The notes below the pieces were generated by a model. That model saw nothing but the letters and a program-made list of their open reading frames with translations, did not search any database and was not told the origin of the DNA. A DNA stretch of 64,000 nt from an uncultured virus (IMG/VR IMGVR_UViG_3300036399_001267) (taxonomy: Duplodnaviria > Heunggongvirae > Uroviricota > Caudoviricetes): the IMG/VR virus record IMGVR_UViG_3300036399_001267. The stretch is one strand, 5' to 3'. The translations under genes and the position numbers were made by a program. This document shows, piece by piece, positions 25,067 to 36,285 of this stretch. Every line of letters begins with the position of its first letter. Position 1 is the stretch's first letter.

Positions 25067-27045
25067 TGTCAACGCTAATTAACAAAACATTTGACGCGAA
25101 TACAAAAGATGTAAATTATCTTAATAGAGATTTTACGTCTTTACGTCAACAACTAATTGATTTCACAAAACAATACTATCCACAAAGTTATAAAGATTTT
25201 AGTGAAAGTTCTCCAGGTCAAATTTTTATAGACCAAGCGGCGTATGTTGGAGATGTATTATCTTACTATACAGATCAGCAATTTTTCGAAAGTTATATTC
25301 AATTTGCTCAAGATCGTAGAAATATTATAAATTCGGCTAAATATTTGGGTTATAAACCAAAAGTGTCTTCAGCATCTTCATCTGATGTTGATGTATTCCA
25401 ATTATTACCATCTATTCGTACCAAGGATAATGAATATATTCCAGATGAACGTTATTGTTTGATACTACAACCATTTTCACAACTATCTAGTACGCCAGGA
25501 GTCAATTTCGTAATAGAAGAAAGTATAGATTTTAGTCAAGATACTAAATTTTCCCCTAGAGAAATAACTGTGTATAGCCGTGATAACACAGGTGCTCCTC
25601 AATTCTATCTAATCAAGAAAGCAGCTAAAGCTTATTCTGGAACAGTAATTACTAAACAAGTTAGTGTGGCGGATCAAGTGCCTTTTTATAGTCTAATATT
25701 AGATGAAACGAATGTTCTTAAAATTATAAGTGTAATTGATAGTAATAACAACAATTACTACGAAGTAAATTATTTAGCTCAAGACACAATTCCAATTGAA
25801 GTTGATAACGTACCACTAAACAATCAAACTCTATCTCCATACAGAAGTGAAACTCCTAAAATTCTAAAGTATTTGAGAACAGAAAAACGTTTTGTTACCG
25901 TTGTCGATGAAAATAATAAAACTACTTTACAATTTGGTGCAAATACTGAAAATTTTGAGAATACTATTGTTATACCAAATCCTACTAATGTTGGCGTAGC
26001 ACTATCTAATTTAAAAAATCTAAACATTTCATTGGATAATACTAATGCGTTAAAAGAAAAGTCGTATGGTATGTCTCCATCTAATACGACATTGACTATA
26101 ACGTATGTTATAGGCGGAGGTTTAAATTCAAACGTAAACTCTGGGGAAATCAACAAGATTTTAGGAATTTCTTATTTAAATGATACTACATCATTAACTG
26201 ACAGCGAAGTTATATTATTGAATACTATAAAAAATTCTTTAAGAGTAAACAATATAGAGGCTGCTACAGGCGGTGACGATGCTGAATCTGACGAAGAAAT
26301 TAGACAAAATGCAATGTTGAATTTTTCCACACAAAATCGTATGGTTACAGAAGACGATTTCTTGTTGAGAATTTATGCATTGCCACCGCAATTAGGCAAT
26401 ATAGCTAAAGCGTTTGTACAAAGTAATTTAACTAGAGAAGTTCAATATAATGGATTGATTAGTGGTATTTTAAATACAGAAAACAATTCAACTGTAAATT
26501 TAGCTCCATTAAATCCTCTTGACAGAAAGAAATTCTTACAGTCAAATAGCCCATTTACTAATAATTTATATTTGCTTGGATATGATGCAAATAAAAATTT
26601 AACACAAGTAAATCCAGCAACTCTTCAAAATCTAACCACATATATTCAGAACTATAAGATTCTGACAGATAAGATTAATATCATCGATGGTTACATAATC
26701 AACATTGGAGTTGAATTTAAAATAACTGTATTTAAAGGATTTAATAAATCTGAAGTGTTAAATAACTGTATACAATCTGTAAAATCATTTTTTGATATAG
26801 ATAAATGGAGTTTTAACCAACCAATAAATTTAAGTCAAATAAATTTCGAGATAATGCAAAATGAAGGCGTTCAATCCGTGAGCGACATTGTTATAAAAAA
26901 CTTAACTATTGATGACGGTAATTATTCTTCCGTTGCATACAATATTAGTATCGCGACACAAAATAATATAGTGTATCCACCAAAGGATCCTGCTGTATTT
27001 GAAGTTAAGTTTCCAGATTCTGACATAAAAGGACTTGTAGTATAA
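25066..27045 (+). CDS. Baseplate wedge subunit (gp6/baseplate J-like)
   Basis: DFTSLRQQL, AYVGDVLSYYTD, AKYLGY, ATGGDDAES and QNRMVTEDD motifs. Confidence 0.9.
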   Translation: MSTLINKTFDANTKDVNYLNRDFTSLRQQLIDFTKQYYPQSYKDFSESSPGQIFIDQAAYVGDVLSYYTDQQFFESYIQFAQDRRNIINSAKYLGYKPKVSSASSSDVDVFQLLPSIRTKDNEYIPDERYCLILQPFSQLSSTPGVNFVIEESIDFSQDTKFSPREITVYSRDNTGAPQFYLIKKAAKAYSGTVITKQVSVADQVPFYSLILDETNVLKIISVIDSNNNNYYEVNYLAQDTIPIEVDNVPLNNQTLSPYRSETPKILKYLRTEKRFVTVVDENNKTTLQFGANTENFENTIVIPNPTNVGVALSNLKNLNISLDNTNALKEKSYGMSPSNTTLTITYVIGGGLNSNVNSGEINKILGISYLNDTTSLTDSEVILLNTIKNSLRVNNIEAATGGDDAESDEEIRQNAMLNFSTQNRMVTEDDFLLRIYALPPQLGNIAKAFVQSNLTREVQYNGLISGILNTENNSTVNLAPLNPLDRKKFLQSNSPFTNNLYLLGYDANKNLTQVNPATLQNLTTYIQNYKILTDKINIIDGYIINIGVEFKITVFKGFNKSEVLNNCIQSVKSFFDIDKWSFNQPINLSQINFEIMQNEGVQSVSDIVIKNLTIDDGNYSSVAYNISIATQNNIVYPPKDPAVFEVKFPDSDIKGLVV

Positions 27046-27046
27046 T

Positions 27047-28714
27047 ATGCACACATTTATTTATCCATCTCAAGATACCTACATAAACAATTCGCCTGAA
27101 TTTGTCAATAAAAATTTTGGCATTGATGAAATTTTAGAAATCTACGCTTCCAATATTGGTAATTCCGTAGTTTACACAGATCCAGTTTGGCACGATGCGC
27201 CACAGACTGCTTCCTCTTATGGAAACAATGGATGGTTAGCCTATACAACATCCTCATTATTTATTTATTCAGGAAGTGCTTGGTATGCATATTCTTTAAC
27301 TTCGTCTGTAATACCAAATACATCTTTTATATCAAATTTTACCGGAAGATTATCTAATAAAACAAATCCTCCACGAAAACCACTTTACATTTCAGGATCA
27401 GCTACTTTTGCATCTGGATCTTTTGTTGGACAGTTTACCTCAGCTCAATGTGTAACTTCTTCATTTAGTGGAAGTTTTAGTAGTTCTAGCTTTAAAGGAA
27501 TCATCAGTACCAATACGTCTAGTAATTTATACTATGTCGATGTAGTAAATTTCGCTGGATATTTTAAAGGGATTTATAGTGGATCATTTGAAAGACCATC
27601 TACAGCTACATATCTGAATAGACCTGAATTTTCAAGAACATTGATAAAGTTTGATTTAACTGAGTTAAGTAAATCTGTATCAGATAATAATATAAGCGGT
27701 TCTAATATTAAATTTACTTTGAATTTGAAAGCATGTGGATCTAGAAATTTACCACTAAATTATAGTATATATGCTTATCCAGTCAGTCAAAGTTGGAATA
27801 ATGGAAATGGAAGATATGCAGATCACGGATCTCAATTGGGATCTAGTTGGTTATATAGAAACTACGATGGAAATGGTTTATGGTATGGGAATTCGATATC
27901 AAATAGTTATCAACAAGTAGATTATTTGACGAATCCATCTTATGCTAGTGCTAGTTTTCAAAATCAAGGAGGTACGTGGTATTATAAAGTACCAGCTTCT
28001 TATACAAACAAGCCAAAATGGATTTGCAATTCAACGAAGTATCCATCTTTGGTAAATGCAAGTTTAATTTGTAGTCAGTCATTTAGTTACGGACAACAAA
28101 GTGACGTTACTATGGATATAACTAAAATCGTTAGAGGATGGTTATGTGGATGCGTTCCAAATCAAGGACTTATGTTATTGAGTTCTTTGGAAATTTCAAC
28201 TCCTCCATTACAACCAACCAATGGACTACTACAGTTTTTTAGTAAAGAAACAAATACTATTTATAGTCCATATATTGATGTAGCCTGGGATGACAGTATA
28301 TTTAATACCGGAAGTTTGAAACCTGTTTCAGGATCAATTCAAAATTTAATTACATTGAATTACTTGAAAGAAGCCTATAAAGCTGGAAGTTTACCAAAAA
28401 TATTTGTATTTGCTAGAGATAGATATCCGTTGAAAAACTTCCAAAAAGCTTATCAACAACCAGCTATGGTTACGCCGCAGTATCTTCCAACTAGCTCATA
28501 TTATATGATTAAGGACGCTGAATCAGAAGAAGTTTTAGTGGGATTTGATCAATATACAAAGTTGAGTTGTGATCCAAATCAAGGTAATTATTTTAAATTA
28601 CAAACAACTGGATTGCCACAAGAAAGATATTTGAAAATATTTATAAAATCGGAATATAAAGATGGAACTATAGATATTACAGATACCCAAAAAATATTTA
28701 AGATAACAAGATAA
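27047..28714 (+). CDS. Virion structural protein (DNRLRE-like domain)
   Basis: DTYI...NFG, RTLIKFDL, YPVSQSW, NQGLML and FFSKE motifs; baseplate context. Confidence 0.65.
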   Translation: MHTFIYPSQDTYINNSPEFVNKNFGIDEILEIYASNIGNSVVYTDPVWHDAPQTASSYGNNGWLAYTTSSLFIYSGSAWYAYSLTSSVIPNTSFISNFTGRLSNKTNPPRKPLYISGSATFASGSFVGQFTSAQCVTSSFSGSFSSSSFKGIISTNTSSNLYYVDVVNFAGYFKGIYSGSFERPSTATYLNRPEFSRTLIKFDLTELSKSVSDNNISGSNIKFTLNLKACGSRNLPLNYSIYAYPVSQSWNNGNGRYADHGSQLGSSWLYRNYDGNGLWYGNSISNSYQQVDYLTNPSYASASFQNQGGTWYYKVPASYTNKPKWICNSTKYPSLVNASLICSQSFSYGQQSDVTMDITKIVRGWLCGCVPNQGLMLLSSLEISTPPLQPTNGLLQFFSKETNTIYSPYIDVAWDDSIFNTGSLKPVSGSIQNLITLNYLKEAYKAGSLPKIFVFARDRYPLKNFQKAYQQPAMVTPQYLPTSSYYMIKDAESEEVLVGFDQYTKLSCDPNQGNYFKLQTTGLPQERYLKIFIKSEYKDGTIDITDTQKIFKITR

Positions 28715-28715
28715 T

Positions 28716-29189
28716 ATGGCGGATATACAATTAAATTATGATGTAGCTACAGATGAAGTTTCAAGCTTTAAAAATTTTGGAACATTCACTAACAATTTGG
28801 ATTCTTTTGGCAATTTCCAATTGGTATTTTCTGCGGCTCAGTCTGTTAATGGAAACGTTAATTATGTTAAAGTTCCATTAAAAACATTCTTATACAACGA
28901 GAATAAAATTCTTGATGCAAATACTGCAGATTTTACTGAACTTCAAACTGTTCAACAAGAAGAAAAACGTAATGTGGATGAAGTTTTGAATCAATATAAT
29001 AATCTACTTGAAGAAAATAGAATTCTCAATCAGACGGTTAATGAATTGGTTGAGAAGTATGAGAACAATGATGATAAACAAGTAATCGCAGAGCAAAAGA
29101 GAACAATAATCGGCCTTAGAATTCAATTGGGACAGGGATCTGTTCCATCAGACTTTTCAGATGACTTTCCGTTTTTACCACTAGTATAA
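28716..29189 (+). CDS. Hypothetical virion protein (coiled coil)
   Basis: 157 aa ORF in the baseplate operon. Confidence 0.7.
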   Translation: MADIQLNYDVATDEVSSFKNFGTFTNNLDSFGNFQLVFSAAQSVNGNVNYVKVPLKTFLYNENKILDANTADFTELQTVQQEEKRNVDEVLNQYNNLLEENRILNQTVNELVEKYENNDDKQVIAEQKRTIIGLRIQLGQGSVPSDFSDDFPFLPLV

Positions 29190-29190
29190 T

Positions 29191-32100
29191 ATGCCTTACG
29201 ACTATTTAACAATTAATGAACTTGATCTCGCTAATGGTATAGCAAGTGCTTCGTATTTTCAACAAGACTTACAATCTTTATACGAACAACAAGTTTTAAA
29301 CTCTGAAAACTTTTTCGGGGACACGAATGATGATATATTAGAATTAAGCGTTTATAATAGTAACCAAGAGCCAATTCTTTTTAATAGGGTAATACCGAAA
29401 ACAACTTATAGCATCGTACAATCGTCGTATAAAGATATAAACAACGTTCAACGATCATATAAAGTTGCAAATCCATTTACAAATTATGCTTTATATGGCA
29501 ATGAATTGTTGTTACACAGTCAATTCGATCTTAAGTTTGATGAATTAAGCCCTGGTTTGTATTATGTTCTATATAATCCAATTAGAAACATTGCTGGGAA
29601 TACGTCTAATAGATTATTTATAAAAGAAATATCTCCAAGTCGAACCGAATTAAGATTGTCTTACGCATTTGATCCAACTCTTAATGAAGCCAATAGAGTA
29701 GATTCAGTAAAAATATCAGCATTTGCGGATAAAAAATTTGTTTTCTTACAAGTAATAGACCAAATTATTCCTATCGTAGATAGAAACCCTATAGACGAAT
29801 CATTTAACGCAAATTCTCCTAATTTTAATTATTTGAAATATGCACAACTACTTGGGTTTAAATCTTCGGCTGAATTGCAAGAATTTATAAATTCAGTTTA
29901 CGTTGGCTATAATAAAGTTGTAAATCTATCTAATGATGCTGATTCTGTAATTAGTCAGAATATAAAATTTGCAGGAATTGCCGAACAAATAAAAAACTTT
30001 GTTTACACTTATAATGAAACTGAATTTTCCCAGGACGAAATACTGACGGCTATTTCATTGATTGTAGCAAAAGTAAGTCAAGACGCAATATTACAAAGAA
30101 CAACTTTAACAGACACAGATCTCGCCGAAACAGTAAATGTATTTGTAGAAATCGCATACAGATATTGGTTGCAACCAAAGATTACAGAATTATTAAATGA
30201 CTATAGTCTAAAGTTTTATGGATTTTATAAAAATGCATTAAATTTTGATAATGGAAATTTAGTAAAAATATTAACTCACACAAGTTATTTAAATGTAGTA
30301 GATAATCGTATTAACGTTCAAATTAAATTAGATAGTCCACTTCCATCTGAGTATTCTATAAGAGACACTTGTTGGATTTCTAACATCTCATTGGCTCCTT
30401 TATATTTTAAAATTAACTTATATACTGCTCCGATTTCACGAAAAGTTTATTTGAATGGAGTTAATTTTACAGTTGCAGTACCATCTGTTAATCCAACGAA
30501 TGACAAGTTTAACGCTACAAATGATAATACATTATTTGCAGCTAAAGCTAGAACTCAACAAAAAATAAATGATTTGTTGATTAACTATAATGATTTTAGC
30601 AATTTTATTAATTTTTCTTCCGCTGAATTAAGAACTAAGATAGCTAAAAGTAAAATTTCTAAATATGACTCATATGAAACATCCAAGAGTCAAATAAAGA
30701 ACCAAGCATCCGCAACATCTAACATTTCTATATCTGCTTCGTATTCAAATGATTTTACTAAGATTATAAACGAACAAATTTCATTACTAGATAGCTTCGA
30801 TGAATATGAATCTTATCTATTTTATTCTACATCTAGTATAGATCAAAAAATAGAAGATGGCATAAGTTTTGATAAAAGCAATTACAATTCTTTATTTTAT
30901 CAATTGCCAGAGTATATTAAGACCGAAGAATCCAATGCTGATTATATAAAGTTTACAGCAATGGTTGGACATTTCTTCGACAACATTTTGGTTTTTGTTA
31001 AGAAGTTTCCGAAATCTTATCCAATTAATTGGGACGATAACAATAGTTATCCTAAAAATTATATAGAAGAATTATTAAATAATTTTAACTGGGATGTTAC
31101 TAATTTTAAGTTTAACAAAAGCGATGTAAATCAATTGTTGTTTAACAATACGCAAATGTCTGGAAGTTTATCATCCTCATATTTTGATTATGCTAAATCT
31201 ATATTTAATAGAATAACAAATAATTTAAGTTACATATATAAAACTAAAGGAACATCTACATCGTTTAATCTGATCCGTTCAATTTTTGGAATATCTTCAG
31301 ATTTGATTAATGTAGTTGAATATAGCAGTCCAAATGTTTTAATAAATAGAAATGTTTACTATGATTTTGATGATATAGTGTATGCTACTAAGTATCAAGA
31401 TAATCAATTCATTAACTTCAATTTTACGAGTAGTGAATTTAAATATTTAGTTACTCAAGATAGTTTGAGTGGAAGCTATACAGGAAGTTATAACGGAGAC
31501 ACAATATATTTAACAAGATCTTATATAGAAAATTTTACAGGAGTTTCTACTGTAGAATGTACATTTAGATCAAATGAATGGAATAAATATAATTATAAAG
31601 ATAAAATTCCACTTATTAAGAAACTAAGAAATGATAATTTAGACTGGCAAGTTTATTTGTATAAAACAAAACAAAGAGAATCTGCAAAATTAATTTTTGA
31701 ATTAAGTCCTATAGGATCCACAATAGCTACATCCAGTATAGAAAGTATTGAAATGCCTTATTTAAATGGCGATTTTTATACTTTCATGGTTAGAAAAGAA
31801 CCAAATGATTCAATAAGATTTGATGCGTTGTCACCGTCATCCTCAATGACATCAAGCATTGGATATTATGGAAATTATAATGTAACTCAATCTATCTGTG
31901 AAACTTTTTATCCAAATGCGTACAAGTATATACCTCAGACATATACATTATATGTAAATCAATATTATGGAAGTTTATTAAATTTCACAGATAAAAAAAC
32001 CAAGACGATATTGTATGATCAAAATCAATATTTCTCTTCTGGAAGTTACTATGTTGGAAACTTTTCATCTTCTATTCAATTTAATGGAAATATAGATAAA

Positions 32101-33690
32101 ATTAAAGTTCAAAAATATGCATTGAGCGATGCTGATTTCCAAGAACACTCTTATAATTTGAGTTCGATTTCAATACCCGAAAAGTCTTTGGTGTATGAAA
32201 ATATGTATTATTTATGGAGTTTTGATACTCCTGTAAATTTGTATGGAAGTCCATCTGTTATTCCTAATCAAAATAATAGATACAACACAGAATTCTATGC
32301 GTATAATTTTCAAAGAACACCAGTGGTATGTGGAGCTCCTATTTGTGATACCATATTATCTGATATTTTCCCATATCAATTTGATAAATTTAATGTTAAA
32401 CAAGCTATTAACTCAAATCGATTTGGGCCAAATTATAAAGACAATGCTAATATCAATAAAATAATACAGGACGTAAGTTCTAATTTGTTACCATACGAAT
32501 ATTCCACATATACAAGAGATATAATCGGAAGCGATTCTAATTTGGTAGGATATTATATTTCCCCATATAGATATTTAAACGAAAATATAGAAGACTTTTT
32601 AGGAAAAGAAGGAATATCTGATATCATTGGAGATCCTAAATATCTCACATCAAGAAACTATCCGGAATTAAAACTAAGACAAAGAGAATTTGAAGATTCA
32701 AATAAAAAATATATTTATCCACAAGAATATTATAGTACCTATAAGTTTTATATCGATTTTTCAATATTTGATTTTATTAAAAAATTGACTCCGACCCGTG
32801 GTACTTTAAAGAGAGGACTTTTATTGGAACCTTCTATATTTGAACGAGTAAAGTTTAATTATAAAGATGCCGTATTTTCCCCTCTTGATCCAAATACAAC
32901 ATCTAGCTTAATGTTATATGAAATCAGACCGTCATTCTTATCTTCGTTAATAGATACAGTCAATTCATCAAGTAATACGGTTATAAACATTGAATCTGTT
33001 AATGGAATTGATACTGATCGTGATACTTATAATTTTTCAAGATTTGAAATCAAAGATAAAGTGGATGATAGAGATTTTATATTTGCTAAATATGGTAAAT
33101 ACGTAAATGTTAATAAAAACGGATACATTGTACGAAATACTATAAATTATTCTGAAAATGATTATTATCAATCCCATAATAATACAGGTTCTATTGTAAC
33201 ATTCACATCAAGTTATAAATCCGTACAAACTATTGGTTCCGGATCGGGAGATTTAAATAATCAAATTACAGGTAGTCGTTCATTAACAGACATTTATTAC
33301 GGAAACATGAGTAGTGGTTATTCCCAAAGACATTTAAGTAAATTTGTACGAGTTGGTAGTAGACTAAAAAGACAAGCCGTTTCTGGATCTTATTACGTTA
33401 TTAACAATGGTATAAAAACATTGGCTAATGGTAAATTATCATACTACACTTATACAAAAGGTCAAAACGATTATACAACCACAGTGAACAGACAAGGTTT
33501 ACCAAATGGATCATCTCCTATTATATCAATACCAGGATATTTGTCAGTTGACATTGAAAGCGATAATTTCCCTAAATATGGTATTCTAACTGGATCGGTT
33601 GGATCGCCAAATAGTTTATTTATACAACAACCACTTACATGTTCTACGTGTACCAGTGCTAGTATGAATATGTATATTATGAATTTATAA
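29191..33690 (+). CDS. Large baseplate wedge protein (gp7-like)
   Basis: 1499 aa; LPEYI...MVGHFFDNI and IYKTKGT motifs typical of gp7/tail protein I-like subunits. Confidence 0.65.
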   Translation: MPYDYLTINELDLANGIASASYFQQDLQSLYEQQVLNSENFFGDTNDDILELSVYNSNQEPILFNRVIPKTTYSIVQSSYKDINNVQRSYKVANPFTNYALYGNELLLHSQFDLKFDELSPGLYYVLYNPIRNIAGNTSNRLFIKEISPSRTELRLSYAFDPTLNEANRVDSVKISAFADKKFVFLQVIDQIIPIVDRNPIDESFNANSPNFNYLKYAQLLGFKSSAELQEFINSVYVGYNKVVNLSNDADSVISQNIKFAGIAEQIKNFVYTYNETEFSQDEILTAISLIVAKVSQDAILQRTTLTDTDLAETVNVFVEIAYRYWLQPKITELLNDYSLKFYGFYKNALNFDNGNLVKILTHTSYLNVVDNRINVQIKLDSPLPSEYSIRDTCWISNISLAPLYFKINLYTAPISRKVYLNGVNFTVAVPSVNPTNDKFNATNDNTLFAAKARTQQKINDLLINYNDFSNFINFSSAELRTKIAKSKISKYDSYETSKSQIKNQASATSNISISASYSNDFTKIINEQISLLDSFDEYESYLFYSTSSIDQKIEDGISFDKSNYNSLFYQLPEYIKTEESNADYIKFTAMVGHFFDNILVFVKKFPKSYPINWDDNNSYPKNYIEELLNNFNWDVTNFKFNKSDVNQLLFNNTQMSGSLSSSYFDYAKSIFNRITNNLSYIYKTKGTSTSFNLIRSIFGISSDLINVVEYSSPNVLINRNVYYDFDDIVYATKYQDNQFINFNFTSSEFKYLVTQDSLSGSYTGSYNGDTIYLTRSYIENFTGVSTVECTFRSNEWNKYNYKDKIPLIKKLRNDNLDWQVYLYKTKQRESAKLIFELSPIGSTIATSSIESIEMPYLNGDFYTFMVRKEPNDSIRFDALSPSSSMTSSIGYYGNYNVTQSICETFYPNAYKYIPQTYTLYVNQYYGSLLNFTDKKTKTILYDQNQYFSSGSYYVGNFSSSIQFNGNIDKIKVQKYALSDADFQEHSYNLSSISIPEKSLVYENMYYLWSFDTPVNLYGSPSVIPNQNNRYNTEFYAYNFQRTPVVCGAPICDTILSDIFPYQFDKFNVKQAINSNRFGPNYKDNANINKIIQDVSSNLLPYEYSTYTRDIIGSDSNLVGYYISPYRYLNENIEDFLGKEGISDIIGDPKYLTSRNYPELKLRQREFEDSNKKYIYPQEYYSTYKFYIDFSIFDFIKKLTPTRGTLKRGLLLEPSIFERVKFNYKDAVFSPLDPNTTSSLMLYEIRPSFLSSLIDTVNSSSNTVINIESVNGIDTDRDTYNFSRFEIKDKVDDRDFIFAKYGKYVNVNKNGYIVRNTINYSENDYYQSHNNTGSIVTFTSSYKSVQTIGSGSGDLNNQITGSRSLTDIYYGNMSSGYSQRHLSKFVRVGSRLKRQAVSGSYYVINNGIKTLANGKLSYYTYTKGQNDYTTTVNRQGLPNGSSPIISIPGYLSVDIESDNFPKYGILTGSVGSPNSLFIQQPLTCSTCTSASMNMYIMNL

Positions 33691-33737
33691 TATAATTTTT
33701 GATTAAAAACCGAAAAGATTTGATAATTATTTAATAT

Positions 33738-34379
33738 ATGGCATATCTTAATAATAACGTTCTCACTGTTAACGCGATATTGACGAAAAAAGGTCGTGAA
33801 GTATTAGCAAAAACAGGCGGATTGAACATTACAGCATTCGCTTTAGCTGATGACGAAATCGATTACACACAGTTTAACCCAAATCACCCATTGGGCAGTG
33901 CATATTACGATATCGCTATTCGTAATACTCCAATCATGGAACCTATTACAGATGAATCACAGACGATGAAATATAAGTTGGTCACTCTAAATGATGGAGT
34001 CACATCTGTACCAACCATAAGCATCGCCCCTCCATTAATTTCTGTACCACGTACTTATTCAGCGGCAATTGATATTATTCCTAGTACAACTCCTGTTTAT
34101 AACGTAACATTGGGATATACAGCAATATTATCTAATAAAAACGTAGGTACTTTAGTAGTTACTGAAACAAATAGTTTGAACTCTACCTCAGCAACCATTC
34201 CAGCATTTACCGGAGATTTAGCGTCACAAGCTTCACAGGTTGTCATAGGTAATAAGTTTAGATTTATCCCAAATAGTTCTTTGTCTAAGACAACTACTAC
34301 TAATATTACTATTATCGGTAATGAAAGTGGCGGAAGTTCTTCCATCAACGTAACTGTCAGTGTTCCTACCACAACTTAA
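33738..34379 (+). CDS. Baseplate/tail structural protein
   Basis: ILTKKGREVLA...ITAFALADDEIDY motif. Confidence 0.7.
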   Translation: MAYLNNNVLTVNAILTKKGREVLAKTGGLNITAFALADDEIDYTQFNPNHPLGSAYYDIAIRNTPIMEPITDESQTMKYKLVTLNDGVTSVPTISIAPPLISVPRTYSAAIDIIPSTTPVYNVTLGYTAILSNKNVGTLVVTETNSLNSTSATIPAFTGDLASQASQVVIGNKFRFIPNSSLSKTTTTNITIIGNESGGSSSINVTVSVPTTT

Positions 34380-34385
34380 TAATAT

Positions 34386-35495
34386 ATGATATTCACCCCA
34401 TTTACTCCAGACGATATAGTAGCAGGCAGAATTAACCAAGTATCATCGGGTATGTTTGGTACTGGTAGTTTAACAGTAGCACAATCGTCCTTCGTAACAT
34501 CATCTGCTCAAGCAAATGTCATGACAGGATCAAGTCCATATGATGTTAAAAATGGACAGTACTATGTAGATGTTTATAGCGGAGCCGATCAATATTTTGC
34601 TATTGCTTATGGAGATTATTATAATTCAGGAAGTAGCTATTTTGATTGGCCGGGTCAGTCCGTAGCGAGTGTATATACCAATGAAACCAAAATTATATAC
34701 AGTCAATATAAAAATACACTTCTTCAACCAGGCGACACATTTTTTAGTTTTGCCTCAGGCAGCGTAGATTCTCCAACCGATAGTTCGGCTATATTCGTAC
34801 TAAACTACGTAACAGATAAATTCCAAGATCAAATTGATCCTGGTCAAATTCAATTAAATTTTACAGGCGCTTTAGGTCAATTCTCATATATTGACGATTC
34901 ACAAGTAGTTAATACACAACAAAACGTTTATAATTTGATCTCGGGATCAGTTATTAATGGCGTCCCTACTCCATATACCAAAGGAGGAACAGTTTCGGCT
35001 GTTTACGAAGGAATTGGTTTATTTTATCCAACAAACGGAGTTGTTATATTGAATGCACTAAAGTTAGATGCAAAAGTTGGTATTACCGGAAATCCTCCGG
35101 AAATTACTAGTGCTAGAACCACAAATCAGTATTCAGTTAACTGGAAAAGTTATTGGAGAAATTGGTTGCGTAAATTTTATTTAAGTCTTAGAAGATCAAA
35201 TAAATACATGGCAATTCGTAAATCCGAATTTGTACCATCTACGAATTACTTCATAAGAGTTAAAAATAAAGAGTTCAACTATAGTAACAATCCAACATTT
35301 GTATCAGATGGTACGGATGGTCAAACAAAGGGGACTATTATCTATCCAGAATTGATTAGTAATCCTCGTACTTATATTACTACAATTGGATTGTATGATT
35401 CTAATAATGAATTACTTGCAGTTGGTAAATTAAGTAGACCTACGCAAAAATCATTTGATAATGAATTGTTAATTAAGTGTCGTATTGATTTTTAA
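34386..35495 (+). CDS. Baseplate/tail structural protein
   Basis: C-terminal YITTIGLYDSNNELLAVGKLSRP. Confidence 0.7.
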   Translation: MIFTPFTPDDIVAGRINQVSSGMFGTGSLTVAQSSFVTSSAQANVMTGSSPYDVKNGQYYVDVYSGADQYFAIAYGDYYNSGSSYFDWPGQSVASVYTNETKIIYSQYKNTLLQPGDTFFSFASGSVDSPTDSSAIFVLNYVTDKFQDQIDPGQIQLNFTGALGQFSYIDDSQVVNTQQNVYNLISGSVINGVPTPYTKGGTVSAVYEGIGLFYPTNGVVILNALKLDAKVGITGNPPEITSARTTNQYSVNWKSYWRNWLRKFYLSLRRSNKYMAIRKSEFVPSTNYFIRVKNKEFNYSNNPTFVSDGTDGQTKGTIIYPELISNPRTYITTIGLYDSNNELLAVGKLSRPTQKSFDNELLIKCRIDF

Positions 35496-35530
35496 TCTAA
35501 ATACGTTGAAATCTTCCTATTTATATTGGG

Positions 35531-36274
35531 ATGATTAAATTTCTTAAAAATCAAGACATACAAATCACTACATTTTCAGTAGCAAAAGAAAAGATTGCTA
35601 ATAACATCTTTTCCGATTTGATTTTTGCTAGCGATGGAACTTATAACTTTCCATTGATTATTCCTGTACAAGAATGTGATTACAATTTTAATTCATTGTC
35701 TACAGGATCTTTTGCCACAGTTAATACACAAACGTGTTATGCGTCAATTGTTAATCAAAATGGATTTTTAGCTTGTTCGCCGATAAACGATCCAAATAAT
35801 CCACAGTTTCAACTTGGTTTAAAATTACCAACTGGATCAGTATTTTATCCAGTCGATAATATTCATTATAATGCTGAAACTAATCCTACTAATTTAGACG
35901 GCACTTATCAGGGACAGGTTTATAATACAATTAAGAAAATGTATTATAATAATTATAACAATGCCTACAATATTTTTGGATTTGATAGTTATGATATATC
36001 TGAAGCTAGTTTGAGTCTGGATGATAAATTTGTAAGTTATACATTAAATGTCACTCAGAGTGGCGATAGAATTAGTCCTTTTAGTGTATTAATTAACAAT
36101 CAGACAGGCGATATAGTTGGCAGTATTTTAGATGATGGAAATAATAATTTGTATTTATCTGGATCATATTTCATCAATGATTTTGAAGTTTATTCGACCA
36201 ACACGGAAAGTGTGGTTAATTATGGCATAACAGGACTAGGACAATATTTGTATTATGGATCAATGTCCACATAA
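35531..36274 (+). CDS. Hypothetical virion protein
   Basis: 247 aa ORF with a DDGNNNL motif, in the structural operon. Confidence 0.7.
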   Translation: MIKFLKNQDIQITTFSVAKEKIANNIFSDLIFASDGTYNFPLIIPVQECDYNFNSLSTGSFATVNTQTCYASIVNQNGFLACSPINDPNNPQFQLGLKLPTGSVFYPVDNIHYNAETNPTNLDGTYQGQVYNTIKKMYYNNYNNAYNIFGFDSYDISEASLSLDDKFVSYTLNVTQSGDRISPFSVLINNQTGDIVGSILDDGNNNLYLSGSYFINDFEVYSTNTESVVNYGITGLGQYLYYGSMST

Positions 36275-36285
36275 GTATATAAAGT